35,244 bases of DNA from Bacteroidales bacterium UBA6267 (GCA_002440745.1 DJVB01000018.1:1-35244), one strand, 5' to 3'; numbered from the stretch's first letter, positions 8,947-19,256 are shown. Notes: generated by a model from the letters alone, not told the origin. Program-made: numbers and translations.

Positions 8947-9597
8947 ATGGAAGAATTAAATCAATTTTCAATGCCAAGAATTGGCGACATGGCTCCGGAC
9001 TTCGAAGCCGTAACAACTAAAGGTAAAATCAAATTATCCGATTTTGCGAAAGATAAGTGGATTGTGATGTTTTCACATCCTGCCGACTTCACACCGGTTT
9101 GCACAACCGAAATGAGTGGATTTGCATTACGCAAAGGTGAATTCGACGAGTTGAATACTGAACTTTTGGGTTTGAGTATCGACAGCATTCATGCGCATTT
9201 AGCGTGGGTACAAAACGTAAAAAACAATACCGGCGTTTATTTCAATTTCCCAATCATCGCCGATTTAGACATGAGTGTGTCGAAAAAATATGGCATGTTG
9301 ATGGAAAATGAGTCAACAACTGCAGCTGTTCGTGCGGTATTTTTTATCGATCCAGCCAAGAAAATCCGCCTTATAATGTACTATCCGCTTAACGTTGGCA
9401 GAAATATGGACGAGATTATTCGCTCACTAAAAGCTCTGCAAACTGCTGATAAATATAAAGTTGCATTGCCTCTCAACTGGGTTCCCGGTGAAAAAGTAAT
9501 CGTTCCACCACCCACAACAATGGAAGAAGTTGAAAACCGATTAAACGACAAATCAATCGAACTTATTGATTTCTACCTCGCGAAAAAGTCGCTATAA
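8947..9597 (+). CDS. 1-Cys peroxiredoxin (Prx6-like)
   Basis: It has the FSHPADFTPVCTTE peroxidatic-Cys motif in a ~210-aa Prx6-type layout. An alternative start at 8971 (MPRIGD) is possible. Confidence 0.85.
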   Translation: MEELNQFSMPRIGDMAPDFEAVTTKGKIKLSDFAKDKWIVMFSHPADFTPVCTTEMSGFALRKGEFDELNTELLGLSIDSIHAHLAWVQNVKNNTGVYFNFPIIADLDMSVSKKYGMLMENESTTAAVRAVFFIDPAKKIRLIMYYPLNVGRNMDEIIRSLKALQTADKYKVALPLNWVPGEKVIVPPPTTMEEVENRLNDKSIELIDFYLAKKSL

Positions 9598-9620
9598 AAT
9601 CTCAAAACCTTACTAACTGC

Positions 9621-9654
9621 AAGCCTGATTCTTTGGAGTCAGGCTTTTTTGCTT
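9621..9654 (+). terminator. Rho-independent terminator after the prx gene
   Basis: aagcctga...tcaggctt is a perfect 8-bp stem followed by ttttttg. Confidence 0.65.
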
Positions 9655-9769
9655 TTACTCAAAGTCTAAAAAATATTTCGTAAAAAAAAGATTACTAAAC
9701 ATTGGAATTAAAATAATTTCTATCTTGCGCAAGTTTTCTAACGATACAACCACCTAAAATTTACTGAAT

Positions 9770-10348
9770 ATGAACGAATGGTTTTCTGAGCTAACCACAA
9801 TCGAGAAGATATATTGGATTGTTGCTGTAGTTTCTTCGGTTTTCTTCCTCATTCAAATGATTTCTGTATTTGTACTTGGAGACTTAGACGTTCAAGTCGC
9901 CGGCGATACAGATATAGATATAGAATTTGACGATGGAATTCCGTATCAGTTCTTCACACTTCGAAATATGGTAGGCTTTTTCACCGTCTTTAGCTGGACT
10001 GGATTAGCTTGTATTTCAGCAGGTTACACGGTAACCACAACTTTAATAATATCATTTATTAGCGGTTTGGTTATGATGGCAATCATGTCAACCTTGTTCT
10101 ATTTTCTTAGCCGCATGGTCTCAAGCGGAACTATGAATTATAAGAATGCTATTGGCAAAATTGCAACTGTATATATTCCAATTCAGGCCAAAAGAGGCGG
10201 AATGGGCAAAGTTCAGATTGAAATTCAAGGTTCGATTCATGAGCTTGATGCAATGACTGATGAAGATTTGGATTTTGCAACAAATTCTATTGTCGAAGTG
10301 GAAAAAATCATATCAGGAAATATCCTGTTAGTAAAAAAGAGTAGTTAA
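9770..10348 (+). CDS. NfeD-like membrane protein (short form) with a C-terminal OB-fold
   Basis: An N-terminal hydrophobic region with several TM helices is followed by a C-terminal beta-rich segment GKIATVYIPIQAKRGGMGKVQIEIQGSIHELDA. The gene sits immediately upstream of a flotillin gene. Confidence 0.65.
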   Translation: MNEWFSELTTIEKIYWIVAVVSSVFFLIQMISVFVLGDLDVQVAGDTDIDIEFDDGIPYQFFTLRNMVGFFTVFSWTGLACISAGYTVTTTLIISFISGLVMMAIMSTLFYFLSRMVSSGTMNYKNAIGKIATVYIPIQAKRGGMGKVQIEIQGSIHELDAMTDEDLDFATNSIVEVEKIISGNILLVKKSS

Positions 10349-10375
10349 TTTATTTATTATCAAAACATTATTATT

Positions 10376-12031
10376 ATGGGTGCTAGTTATATTATTATTG
10401 GAATAATCGCTGCGATTGTTTTCATTTTTACGATGTTAGTATCTCTCTTTAAGAGATATAAAAGATGTCCATCTGACCGGATTTTAGTGGTCTATGGTAA
10501 AATTGGTACTTCTACTGCTTCAGGAGGAGCATCTGCCAAAACCATTCACGGAGGAGCAGCCTTCGTTTGGCCGATTTTTCAGGATTATGAGTTTTTAGAT
10601 TTAACACCAATTTCCATCGAAGTCAATTTGACCAGTGCGCTTAGCCGTCAGAATATCCGTGTCGATGTTCCGTCTCGCTTTACTGTTGGTGTGTCAACCG
10701 AGCCGGGAGTTATGAATAACGCTGCTGAAAGGTTATTAGGGCTTAACCAAACTGAAATTCATGACCTTGCAAAGGATATCATCTTTGGCCAACTGCGTTT
10801 GGTAGTAGCCACAATGGATATTGAAGAAATCAATAATAATCGGGATAAATTCTTAGCAGCCGTTTCATCGAACGTTGAAGCGGAGCTTAAGAAAATTGGT
10901 CTAAAACTCATCAACGTCAACGTAACTGACTTGAAGGACGAATCCGGTTATATTGTTGCTTTGGGAAAAGAAGCCGCTGCTCATGCTATCAATGAAGCTA
11001 AAAAGAGCGTTGCTGAAAAAAACAGAGACGGTTCGATTGGTGAAGCAATGGCTGTCAAGGAACAACGTATTAAAGTTGCTGATGCCGATGCGGATGCAAA
11101 AGTGGGAGAGGCCGCTGCAAGTCAAAAAGAACGTATTTTAATTGCTGATGCGGTTGCTAACTCAAAAATAGGGGAGGCTGAAGCCAATCAAAAAGAGCGT
11201 ATAAGTGTGGCTGATGCCATTGCTAAAGCTAAAATCGGTGAAGCTGATGCTTTGAAAAGTGAGCGTATAAAAACTTCGGAAGCAAATGCTACTGCGGTTG
11301 AAGGCGAAAACTTGGCGAAAATTACAATTGCCAACTCTGATGCGGAACGAAGGATTAGAGAAGCTGAAGCTGAACGGATTGCAATCGCCGCTGAAAAGGT
11401 GAAAACTGCCGAAGCCTTAAAAGAAGCTTATGATGCTGAACGAAAAGCGGAAGAAGTTCGCGCCGAAAGGGATAAAGCTTCGCAATATGCCAATATTGTT
11501 GTTCCGGCACAAATTGACAAACAAAAGATAGAAATTGATGCTGAGGCAATTGCAGAACAAATCAGGCGCCAAGCAAGGGGTGAAGCAGATGCAATTTATG
11601 CCAAAATGGAGGCAGAAGCTAAAGGTATTTTTGAAATTCTGACTAAGCAAGCTGCCGGTTTCAAATCAATTGTGGCTGCCGCTAACAATAATTCAACGGA
11701 TGCAGTTATGTTGATGATTGCTGACAAACTACCGGAACTCGTTGAAAAACAAGTAGAAGCAATTAAAAATATTAAAATCGATAAAGTTACTGTTTGGGAT
11801 AACATGAATAGTGGTAAAGATGGAAAAACTCCAGCAACGGCTAATTTCCTTAGTGGAATGCTATCATCACTGCCACCGTTTACTGAAATGTTTGAAATGG
11901 CAGGATTAGAATTACCGGAAATTCTTCGAGGAACTAAAAAAGAAGTAAATCAGGATGGAAATTCTGAAAAAGATTCTAAGAAATCTGATGCCAAATCCGA
12001 TGGAACAGAAGACGCTCAAGTTATTGACTAA
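10376..12031 (+). CDS. Flotillin-like SPFH/band-7 protein
   Basis: It has an N-terminal TM anchor, an SPFH core, a long Ala/Glu-rich coiled-coil region with EA repeats, and a C-terminal acidic tail. The arrangement is the NfeD-flotillin pair. Confidence 0.8.
   Translation: MGASYIIIGIIAAIVFIFTMLVSLFKRYKRCPSDRILVVYGKIGTSTASGGASAKTIHGGAAFVWPIFQDYEFLDLTPISIEVNLTSALSRQNIRVDVPSRFTVGVSTEPGVMNNAAERLLGLNQTEIHDLAKDIIFGQLRLVVATMDIEEINNNRDKFLAAVSSNVEAELKKIGLKLINVNVTDLKDESGYIVALGKEAAAHAINEAKKSVAEKNRDGSIGEAMAVKEQRIKVADADADAKVGEAAASQKERILIADAVANSKIGEAEANQKERISVADAIAKAKIGEADALKSERIKTSEANATAVEGENLAKITIANSDAERRIREAEAERIAIAAEKVKTAEALKEAYDAERKAEEVRAERDKASQYANIVVPAQIDKQKIEIDAEAIAEQIRRQARGEADAIYAKMEAEAKGIFEILTKQAAGFKSIVAAANNNSTDAVMLMIADKLPELVEKQVEAIKNIKIDKVTVWDNMNSGKDGKTPATANFLSGMLSSLPPFTEMFEMAGLELPEILRGTKKEVNQDGNSEKDSKKSDAKSDGTEDAQVID
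11076..11273 (+). repeat. Three ~66-bp in-frame repeats inside the flotillin gene, encoding 22-aa units (V/I)ADA.A.(A/S)K(I/V)GEA.A.QKERI
   Basis: Repeated gctgatgc....aaaataggggaggctgaagccaatcaaaaagagcgtata units are seen in both DNA and protein. Confidence 0.5.
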
Positions 12032-12055
12032 ACCAATATCGTAATCTTAAATCAA

Positions 12056-12087
12056 ATGCAAGGAAAATATTCTCCTTGCATTTTTTT
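12056..12087 (+). terminator. Rho-independent terminator of the nfeD-flotillin operon
   Basis: tgcaagga aaatattc tccttgca is followed by tttttttt. Confidence 0.7.
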
Positions 12088-12137
12088 TGTTCCTAATTAT
12101 TAAAAGTAATCGACAAAGTACAAATGCAATGCGCTCA

Positions 12138-12328
12138 AAATACTTTAATAATGAAAGCTATATTTAAATGCTATTGAAGGATTTAGCAACGCCAATTATC
12201 ACGTAGGTGGTGTTGAACAATTTTATATTTAGCATAAGAGATACTTTATAAATGAAAGCCTTATTTAAATGCTATACTTATTTAACAACAAAAGTAGGTA
12301 TGATTTAACAATTTACTATTTAACATAA
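12138..12328. repeat. Diverged tandem duplication (two ~95-100-bp units at 12138-12237 and 12241-12328) in a convergent intergenic region; each unit starts a mini-ORF MKA(I/L)FKCY...
   Basis: By eye, atactttaataatgaaagctatatttaaatgctat aligns with atactttataaatgaaagccttatttaaatgctat, and the downstream ...gtaggt..ttgaacaatttta..atttagcataa aligns with ...gtaggtatgatttaacaatttactatttaacataa. Confidence 0.6.
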
Positions 12329-12360
12329 TATTAATTATAGGACATTTATGTTTAAAAGAA

Positions 12361-12385
12361 AAGCCCTGAAAAACCAGGGCTTATT
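12361..12385 (-). terminator. Rho-independent terminator of the TPR gene, read on the minus strand
   Basis: agccctg aaaaac cagggct, with a T-run on the minus strand. Confidence 0.65.
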
Positions 12386-12397
12386 CTCTATTTATTA

Positions 12398-13777
12398 TTA
12401 TTGTAGCTCATTTAAAAGCTTATTGACTTCCTGAAACTTCTCGGTATTATTTGTTTTTAGATAAACTTGTTTCAACAGAATTAAAGTATCACGATCTTTG
12501 GAATTGATTTGAAATGCTTTCTCCAAATATGGTTGTGCTTGTTTTAAATATCCGGTAGCTTTTTCTTTGCCAGCATTATATTCCGCTTCGGCGTCAATGC
12601 TAAGATTATTTATGTAAGCAAATATTTCAGCTGCTTTATTATTTAATAAAACTCCCATATTAAAATTAGCATCAAAATAATCCGGTTGCAATTCTAAAGC
12701 TTTCTTATAAGCAATCTGAGCTTGTTCAAATGCGTGTTCTTTTGCCTCAGTTGTGCTATTTGTATCATTAAGGATATTATCATAGTTTGCACCAATAACA
12801 TAATACAAATTAGCATTCGATGGATCATTTTTAACTGCTTCTAAAAGAATAGCTTCAGCTTGTCCGGCTTCTCCGGTTTTTAAATAAATATTAGCTTCAG
12901 TAATCAAAAGGTCTTGATCAGCAGGATAAAATTCTCTTCCAATTTTTATAATCTTCTTTGCGGCTTCTGTGTTGTTTTGAGCAAGATGAATGTTTACTAA
13001 GTTGTAATACAAAAGTTTATCTTTATAATTCATCTTGATAGCTCGGTTATAATAATTAATTGCCTTTGTAGTATCTCCGGTTTGCAAACATGCAACTCCG
13101 GTATAATAAACCAACTCTGCATTAGGTTTTTGCAAATCGTCATAAACCTTAACTGCGCGCTCCAAATTATACATCGATTCTTTGTAATTCTCAGCAGTAT
13201 AAGCACTTACACCAGCATTAAAATAACTTCCTGCAACAGCTTCTAAACCCATCATTGCATTCATCGGGCTGATATTAACATTTTGGTACTCCGGATCAAT
13301 AGCCAGTGATTTTTGATATGCTTCATAAGCAACATCTAACGATCTGCCATCATCTAAACTTCTGTAAAGAGCTTCATTAGGATAATCCCAACTATCCACA
13401 AGACCTTTGCTGAAATAAATTACCAGCTCAAAGCTATAAGACCATTTTTCACCATCTTCAAGCTTTTTATAATTTCTGATACTTCCCGAAGGTGGTTCAC
13501 CTAAACGCTGCTTAACAGCCTCTTTATCAAGACCTTTCTTTAAAAAGTCAGTCATGTGAGCAACACTATTTACTTGTAAATAGATATTCCCACGATAAAA
13601 CCAGGTGCGAGCCTCTTTTGCCGATTCCTCATTCTGAATCGCTTTGTCGATAGCTTGTTTAGCACGATCCGGATACTGGTTTTTATAATCATTAAATGCT
13701 GATACCACAAGTGCATCCTGTCCAAACGCATAACCGGTAATCACCATCATGCTTATTAAATACATTAAACGTTTCAT
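12398..13777 (-). CDS. Secreted tetratricopeptide-repeat (TPR) protein
   Basis: A signal peptide MKRLMYLISMMVITGYAFGQ is followed by multiple TPR-like A/Y/L-rich 34-aa repeats. The gene lies directly downstream of gyrA on the same strand. Confidence 0.75.
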   Translation of the reverse strand: MKRLMYLISMMVITGYAFGQDALVVSAFNDYKNQYPDRAKQAIDKAIQNEESAKEARTWFYRGNIYLQVNSVAHMTDFLKKGLDKEAVKQRLGEPPSGSIRNYKKLEDGEKWSYSFELVIYFSKGLVDSWDYPNEALYRSLDDGRSLDVAYEAYQKSLAIDPEYQNVNISPMNAMMGLEAVAGSYFNAGVSAYTAENYKESMYNLERAVKVYDDLQKPNAELVYYTGVACLQTGDTTKAINYYNRAIKMNYKDKLLYYNLVNIHLAQNNTEAAKKIIKIGREFYPADQDLLITEANIYLKTGEAGQAEAILLEAVKNDPSNANLYYVIGANYDNILNDTNSTTEAKEHAFEQAQIAYKKALELQPDYFDANFNMGVLLNNKAAEIFAYINNLSIDAEAEYNAGKEKATGYLKQAQPYLEKAFQINSKDRDTLILLKQVYLKTNNTEKFQEVNKLLNELQ

Positions 13778-13830
13778 AATTTCAATATTTAAGTTACAAA
13801 AATAATTACAAATCTAAGACCAAAACAAAT

Positions 13831-16386
13831 TTAGTCGATGTTTGATTCCTCCTCTGTTAAATTTTCGTGATTTATCTCACCCTCTTCAATGGGATTATCA
13901 TTACCATTAATGGAAATAATCTTTGCTACTGCGGCAATGCTGTCATCTTCCTGAAGCTTAATCAGTCGGATGCCTTGAGTAGCTCTACCCATAACTCGCA
14001 TATCAGCTACAGACATACGAATAGTAATGCCGGATTTGTTCATAATCATCAACTCATCTGACTCATTAACGTCTTTAATGGCAATAAGTTGTCCTGTTTT
14101 ATCCGTAATATTGATAGTTTTTACTCCTTTTCCACCACGATTAGTTATTCGGTAATCTTCGATAGAGGAACGTTTTCCATAGCCTTTTTCAGAAACAACC
14201 AAAACCGTTGCATCCGGCTCGCTAATGGTTACCATTCCAATTACTTCATCATTCTCCACATCGGAAGTTATTCCAATAACCCCTGAAGCATTACGTCCCA
14301 TCGGGCGAACTTTTTGTTCATTAAATCGGATTGCGCGACCCGATTTCAAGGCTAAAAGAATATCATTTTGTCCGTTAGTCTGCCGTGCTTCCAGCAATTC
14401 GTCTCCTTCACGAATGGTGATAGCATTGATTCCATTCTGACGTGGTCGGCTATACGCTTCGAGAGTAGTTTTTTTGATGATCCCGTTCTTTGTACAGAGA
14501 ATTACATAATTATTATTAATGTATTCCTCGTCTTTCAAATCTTTAAGATTGATAAAGGCCCTAATTTTATCGTTAGGTTCGATATTAATCATATTTTGAA
14601 TTGCACGTCCTTTACTGGTTTTATTGCCTTCCGGAATTTCATAAACACGAAGCCAAAACACTTTTCCTAACTCTGTAAAGAATAAGATATAGTTATGATT
14701 GGTGGCAATAAAAACATGTTGAATGAAGTCTTCATCACGTGTAGATGAGCCCCTTGCTCCTCTCCCACCTCGATTCTGAAGTCTGTATTCCGAAAGATTA
14801 GTGCGTTTGATATATCCCAAATGCGAAATTGTAATCACCACTTCATCATCAGGAATAGTATCTTCAACACGGAAATCGGCAGAGCTGAACTCAATACGGC
14901 TTCTTCTTTCATCACCATATTTTGCTTTTATTTCTACCAATTCATCCTTAATGATGTTCATCCTAAGCTCATAGTTAGCCAGAATTTCCTTTAAGTCTTC
15001 AATTTTCTTAAGAAGTTCTTCGTATTCAGCTCTAAGTTTATCCTGTTCAAGTCCGGTAAGCTGACGTAAACGCATATCAACAATGGCTCTGGACTGAATT
15101 TCGGATAAATTAAACCTTTCCATCAATCTTTCACGAGCTTCATCGGGTGATTTTGAACTACGAATAATCGCAATAACCTCGTCAATATTATCACTTGCAA
15201 TGATTAAACCTTCTAAGATATGAGCACGTTTTTCAGCTTCATTCAGCTCGTATTGAGTCCTTCGTACAACTACGTCGTGCCGATGTTCGATAAAATGCTT
15301 GATTAAGTCCTTAAGATTCAGAATTTGAGGACGGCCTTTTACAAGTGCAATATTATTGATTGAAAAGCTGGTTTGCAGTCCGGTGTATTGATATAGATTA
15401 TTCAAAACAACATTCGGAATAGCATCTTTTTTAAGTTCGTAAACAATTCTAATCCCCTGTCTATCCGACTCATCACGAATATCTGCAATGCCTTCAATTT
15501 TCTTATCATTAACTAAATCGGCTGTTTTCTTAATCATTTCAGCCTTATTCACCTGATAAGGTATAGAAGAAACGATGATTTTCTCACGCGATCCATTCAC
15601 TCCTTCTTCCATTGTAGCTTCTCCCCTCATTACTACGCGTCCACGTCCGGTTTCGTAGGCTTCTCTGACGCCTTCATAACCGTAAATAATACCGCCGGTT
15701 GGAAAGTCAGGTGCAATAATATGCTTCATCAACTCACTGATTTCTATATCATTATTATCGATGTAAGCAAGGCATCCATCAATAACTTCTGTAATATTAT
15801 GAGGAGCCATATTGGTTGCCATTCCTACCGCAATACCGCTTGCTCCATTAACTAACAAATTGGGTATGCGTGATGGTAAAACCGTTGGTTCTTTTAAAGA
15901 ATCATCGAAGTTAAGCTGAAAATCAACGGTTTCTTTGTCGAGATCGGATAGCATTTCTTCGGCAATCTTTTTTAAACGAGCTTCTGTGTAACGCATGGCC
16001 GCGGGGCTATCTCCGTCAATGGATCCAAAGTTTCCCTGACCGTCAACTAATGGATACCTTAGCGACCATTCCTGAGCCATACGAACCATCGTATCATAAA
16101 CCGATGAATCACCATGGGGATGGTATTTACCAAGCACTTCCCCGACAATTCTAGCAGATTTCTTATAAGGTTTATTTGAATAAACACCTAAATCCATCAT
16201 TCCAAACAAAACTCTTCGGTGCACAGGTTTAAAACCATCTCGAACATCAGGTAATGCCCTACTTACAATTACCGACATTGAATAATCAATGTAGGCGGTT
16301 TTCATTTGCTTTTCTATATTTACATTTACAATCCTCGATTGTCTGTTTTCTCCATCCTCAGCTAATATGCTTTCGTCTTCTGCCAT
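13831..16386 (-). CDS. gyrA: DNA gyrase subunit A
   Basis: The N-terminus [32 protein letters not shown]...[10 protein letters not shown] carries the active-site Tyr region, QRDR-like HPHGD, and C-terminal beta-pinwheel repeats. Length is 851 aa. Confidence 0.95.
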   Translation of the reverse strand: MAEDESILAEDGENRQSRIVNVNIEKQMKTAYIDYSMSVIVSRALPDVRDGFKPVHRRVLFGMMDLGVYSNKPYKKSARIVGEVLGKYHPHGDSSVYDTMVRMAQEWSLRYPLVDGQGNFGSIDGDSPAAMRYTEARLKKIAEEMLSDLDKETVDFQLNFDDSLKEPTVLPSRIPNLLVNGASGIAVGMATNMAPHNITEVIDGCLAYIDNNDIEISELMKHIIAPDFPTGGIIYGYEGVREAYETGRGRVVMRGEATMEEGVNGSREKIIVSSIPYQVNKAEMIKKTADLVNDKKIEGIADIRDESDRQGIRIVYELKKDAIPNVVLNNLYQYTGLQTSFSINNIALVKGRPQILNLKDLIKHFIEHRHDVVVRRTQYELNEAEKRAHILEGLIIASDNIDEVIAIIRSSKSPDEARERLMERFNLSEIQSRAIVDMRLRQLTGLEQDKLRAEYEELLKKIEDLKEILANYELRMNIIKDELVEIKAKYGDERRSRIEFSSADFRVEDTIPDDEVVITISHLGYIKRTNLSEYRLQNRGGRGARGSSTRDEDFIQHVFIATNHNYILFFTELGKVFWLRVYEIPEGNKTSKGRAIQNMINIEPNDKIRAFINLKDLKDEEYINNNYVILCTKNGIIKKTTLEAYSRPRQNGINAITIREGDELLEARQTNGQNDILLALKSGRAIRFNEQKVRPMGRNASGVIGITSDVENDEVIGMVTISEPDATVLVVSEKGYGKRSSIEDYRITNRGGKGVKTINITDKTGQLIAIKDVNESDELMIMNKSGITIRMSVADMRVMGRATQGIRLIKLQEDDSIAAVAKIISINGNDNPIEEGEINHENLTEEESNID

Positions 16387-16559
16387 TTTCTTATCAGATA
16401 AAATGTTTTAAAATATTATAAATCAATAATTTATACTAAAATATTTTCTTAAATTTCAAGTTTACGAACTTACAAAAAAAACCTTAACCTTATTCCCTTT
16501 ATTACTAACAGTTTTTTGTTAAAAAAATAATGGTTCAAACAAAAATATATCCTATCAGA

Positions 16560-16655
16560 CAAATACTTTTGTCCTATTGACGTTGAAAAGACAGGTTTTA
16601 ATTTTTTAACTTGTATTGCAGCGTCATTATAGTTGTTTAAACTATTTTTGCCGCA
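16560..16655 (+). promoter_or_regulatory. Candidate clpC promoters: two TAnnTTTG -7 boxes, TACTTTTG at 16564-16571 and TATTTTTG at 16643-16650
   Basis: Both match the Bacteroidota -7 consensus. The second lies 20 nt upstream of the clpC ATG. The -33 TTTG elements are weak or absent. Confidence 0.35.
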
Positions 16656-16669
16656 TTAAATAATGATTT

Positions 16670-19234
16670 ATGGAAGCTAAATTTTCAGAGCAATTAAAAA
16701 ACATCATCAGTTTTAGTCGTGAGGAAGCCATTCGATTAGGAAACGATTCCATAGGAATTGAACATTTTCTTTTGGGAATTTTGCGCGAAGGCATGAGTAG
16801 CGTAATGAAAATTCTTCAATACTACTCGATTGATGCTAAAGAACTAAAACAAAAGGTTGAAAAATCTGTCTATACAGGAAACAAAATAAAGGACACGGAT
16901 AACCTTCCATTTCTTAAGCAAGCAGAAAAATGCTTAAAAAGGACTTACCTTGAAGCTAAGATTTATCATACGGAAGCCATTGAGCCTGAACATCTTCTTT
17001 TGGCAATTTTGCGCGATGAAGATAATTTAATTACTCAGATTTTTGAACAATATGGCGTTGATTATCAGATGGTAACTGACGAGATTAAAACCATACTTAA
17101 GTCCAATGTTTTTCATAAAGGTGATAATCAAGTTCGTAGTGAGTTGCCCCATGAAGACCCTGAATTTGGTGAAGCTGGTGAAGACCGCCCAATGGGAACT
17201 CGTCCGGTTAAACCGACCGATGGACGATCAAAAACTCCGGTTTTAGATAATTTCGGACGTGATCTAACTCGCCTGGCTGAAGAAAATAAACTCGACCCCG
17301 TTGTAGGTCGTGAACGCGAATTGGAACGTATTGCACAGATTCTCAGTAGAAGAAAGAAAAATAACCCAATTCTGATTGGGGAGCCCGGTGTTGGTAAATC
17401 AGCCATTGCGGAAGGATTGGCCTTGAGAATCATTCAGCGGAAAGTGTCACGGGCATTGTTCGACAAGCGAATCGTAGCTTTAGATGTGGCGTCTTTAGTT
17501 GCAGGAACCAAATATCGTGGACAGTTTGAAGAACGTATGAAGGCTTTAATTAACGAGCTAGAAAAGAATCCTGATGTAATCATATTTATCGACGAAATCC
17601 ATACAATGGTTGGCGCCGGAGGTGCAACAGGTAGTTTAGATGCTTCCAATATGTTTAAACCTGCTCTCGCACGGGGTGAAATACAATGCATTGGAGCTAC
17701 TACTTTAGATGAATATCGTCAAAATATTGAGAAAGATGGGGCGCTTGAAAGGCGATTTCAGAAAATCATAGTTGAGGCAACTTCCCCAGAAGAAACTTAT
17801 ATTATTTTGAACAATATTAAAGTTCGTTATGAAGATCATCATTTAGTTACTTACACTGATGAAGCAATAAAAGCTTGTGTAAATCTGACTCAAAGATATG
17901 TGAGTGATCGTTTTCTACCTGATAAGGCCATTGATGCTCTTGATGAAGCCGGTTCACGGGTTCATATAACTCATATCAATGTCCCGGAGAAGATAGTTGA
18001 ATTGGAATCCCAAATCGAAATAGCTCGCAAAAATAAGCAGGAAGCCATCAAAGCTACTCGTTACGAAAAAGCCGCTGAGTTTAGAGATATGGAAAGGCAA
18101 CTGTCGGATCAGTTGAGTTATGAGCGAAAAAAATGGGAAGACCAATCAAGAATAAACCGTGAAGTTGTTGATGCCGAGAATGTTGCAGAGGTTGTTGCCA
18201 TGATGACAGGTGTTCCTGTTCAGCGCATAGCCCAAAACGAAGGCTCACGCCTTATTAATATGGAAACAGAATTACGGGGTTCTATTATTGGTCAAGACGA
18301 AGCTGTTTTGAAAGTCGTTAAAGCCATTCGCCGTAATCGTGCGGGATTAAAAGACCCGAATAAACCTATTGGATCCTTTATATTTCTCGGCCCTACAGGC
18401 GTTGGAAAAACCTTATTAGCCAAAGTTTTAAGCCGTTATCTCTTCGATTCTGATGACGCTCTTATTCGCATCGACATGAGTGAGTATATGGAAAAATTTG
18501 CTATTTCTCGTTTGGTGGGTGCGCCTCCCGGATATGTTGGTTACGAAGAAGGCGGTCAGTTAAGCGAAAAAGTCCGCAGAAAACCTTATTCGGTAGTTTT
18601 GCTTGATGAAATCGAAAAGGCACATCCGGATGTTTTTCATTTATTGCTTCAGGTATTAGATGATGGATTACTTACAGATAGTTATGGTAGAAAAATTGAT
18701 TTCAAAAACACCATAATAATTATGACTTCTAATATTGGAAGCCGTCAACTGAAGGAGTTTGGAACAGGTGTAGGATTCAACACTTCTGCTCGTAAGGAGT
18801 CCATACAATCCGACACAAGAAATGTGATAGAAAAAGCGCTGAAAAAGGCCTTTGCTCCTGAATTTTTAAATCGGATTGACGACATAGTGATGTTTGATTC
18901 ATTGGAAAGGGAAGATATTCATAAGATTATCGAAATTGAGTTGAAATCTCTCTACAAACGAATTGAAGGTTTAGGCTATTCCATTGATCTTACTGAGTCG
19001 GCAAAAGATTTCTTGGTCGAAAAAGGTTGGGATCCACAGTTTGGAGCTCGTCCTTTGAAACGCGCTATTCAGCGATATATCGAAGATGAACTGGCAGAGG
19101 AAATTATTAAGGCCGATTTGATTGAAGGTGATAAAATCAATATTGATTTCAATACGACTACTAATTCCATTGAAATCAAGATAATTAAAGGTCATTCTGA
19201 AACCAAATCTGTGGAAAACACAGATTTAAGTTGA
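16670..19234 (+). CDS. clpC: ATP-dependent Clp protease ATP-binding subunit ClpC (class III Hsp100)
   Basis: An N-terminal Clp_N repeat is followed by two AAA+ modules with Walker A motifs GEPGVGKS and GPTGVGKT, an M-domain between them, and a C-terminal D2-small domain. Confidence 0.92.
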   Translation: MEAKFSEQLKNIISFSREEAIRLGNDSIGIEHFLLGILREGMSSVMKILQYYSIDAKELKQKVEKSVYTGNKIKDTDNLPFLKQAEKCLKRTYLEAKIYHTEAIEPEHLLLAILRDEDNLITQIFEQYGVDYQMVTDEIKTILKSNVFHKGDNQVRSELPHEDPEFGEAGEDRPMGTRPVKPTDGRSKTPVLDNFGRDLTRLAEENKLDPVVGRERELERIAQILSRRKKNNPILIGEPGVGKSAIAEGLALRIIQRKVSRALFDKRIVALDVASLVAGTKYRGQFEERMKALINELEKNPDVIIFIDEIHTMVGAGGATGSLDASNMFKPALARGEIQCIGATTLDEYRQNIEKDGALERRFQKIIVEATSPEETYIILNNIKVRYEDHHLVTYTDEAIKACVNLTQRYVSDRFLPDKAIDALDEAGSRVHITHINVPEKIVELESQIEIARKNKQEAIKATRYEKAAEFRDMERQLSDQLSYERKKWEDQSRINREVVDAENVAEVVAMMTGVPVQRIAQNEGSRLINMETELRGSIIGQDEAVLKVVKAIRRNRAGLKDPNKPIGSFIFLGPTGVGKTLLAKVLSRYLFDSDDALIRIDMSEYMEKFAISRLVGAPPGYVGYEEGGQLSEKVRRKPYSVVLLDEIEKAHPDVFHLLLQVLDDGLLTDSYGRKIDFKNTIIIMTSNIGSRQLKEFGTGVGFNTSARKESIQSDTRNVIEKALKKAFAPEFLNRIDDIVMFDSLEREDIHKIIEIELKSLYKRIEGLGYSIDLTESAKDFLVEKGWDPQFGARPLKRAIQRYIEDELAEEIIKADLIEGDKINIDFNTTTNSIEIKIIKGHSETKSVENTDLS

Positions 19235-19256
19235 ACTTGCTTCAACACATAGCAAT

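Noticed and set aside
16387-16669. A gyrA promoter call in the gyrA-clpC divergent region.
   Set aside because: The only minus-strand TAnnTTTG match (plus strand CAAAAATA at 16540-16547) lies more than 150 nt from the gyrA start, and no -33 element is present. This is too weak to annotate.
13867-18145. Short ORFs antisense to gyrA and clpC (13867..14670 cluster, 17128..17691, 17954..18145), and similar ones inside sucD, the hybrid kinase, ptb and rlmD.
   Set aside because: These are typical shadow ORFs opposite highly conserved long genes. They show no motifs.
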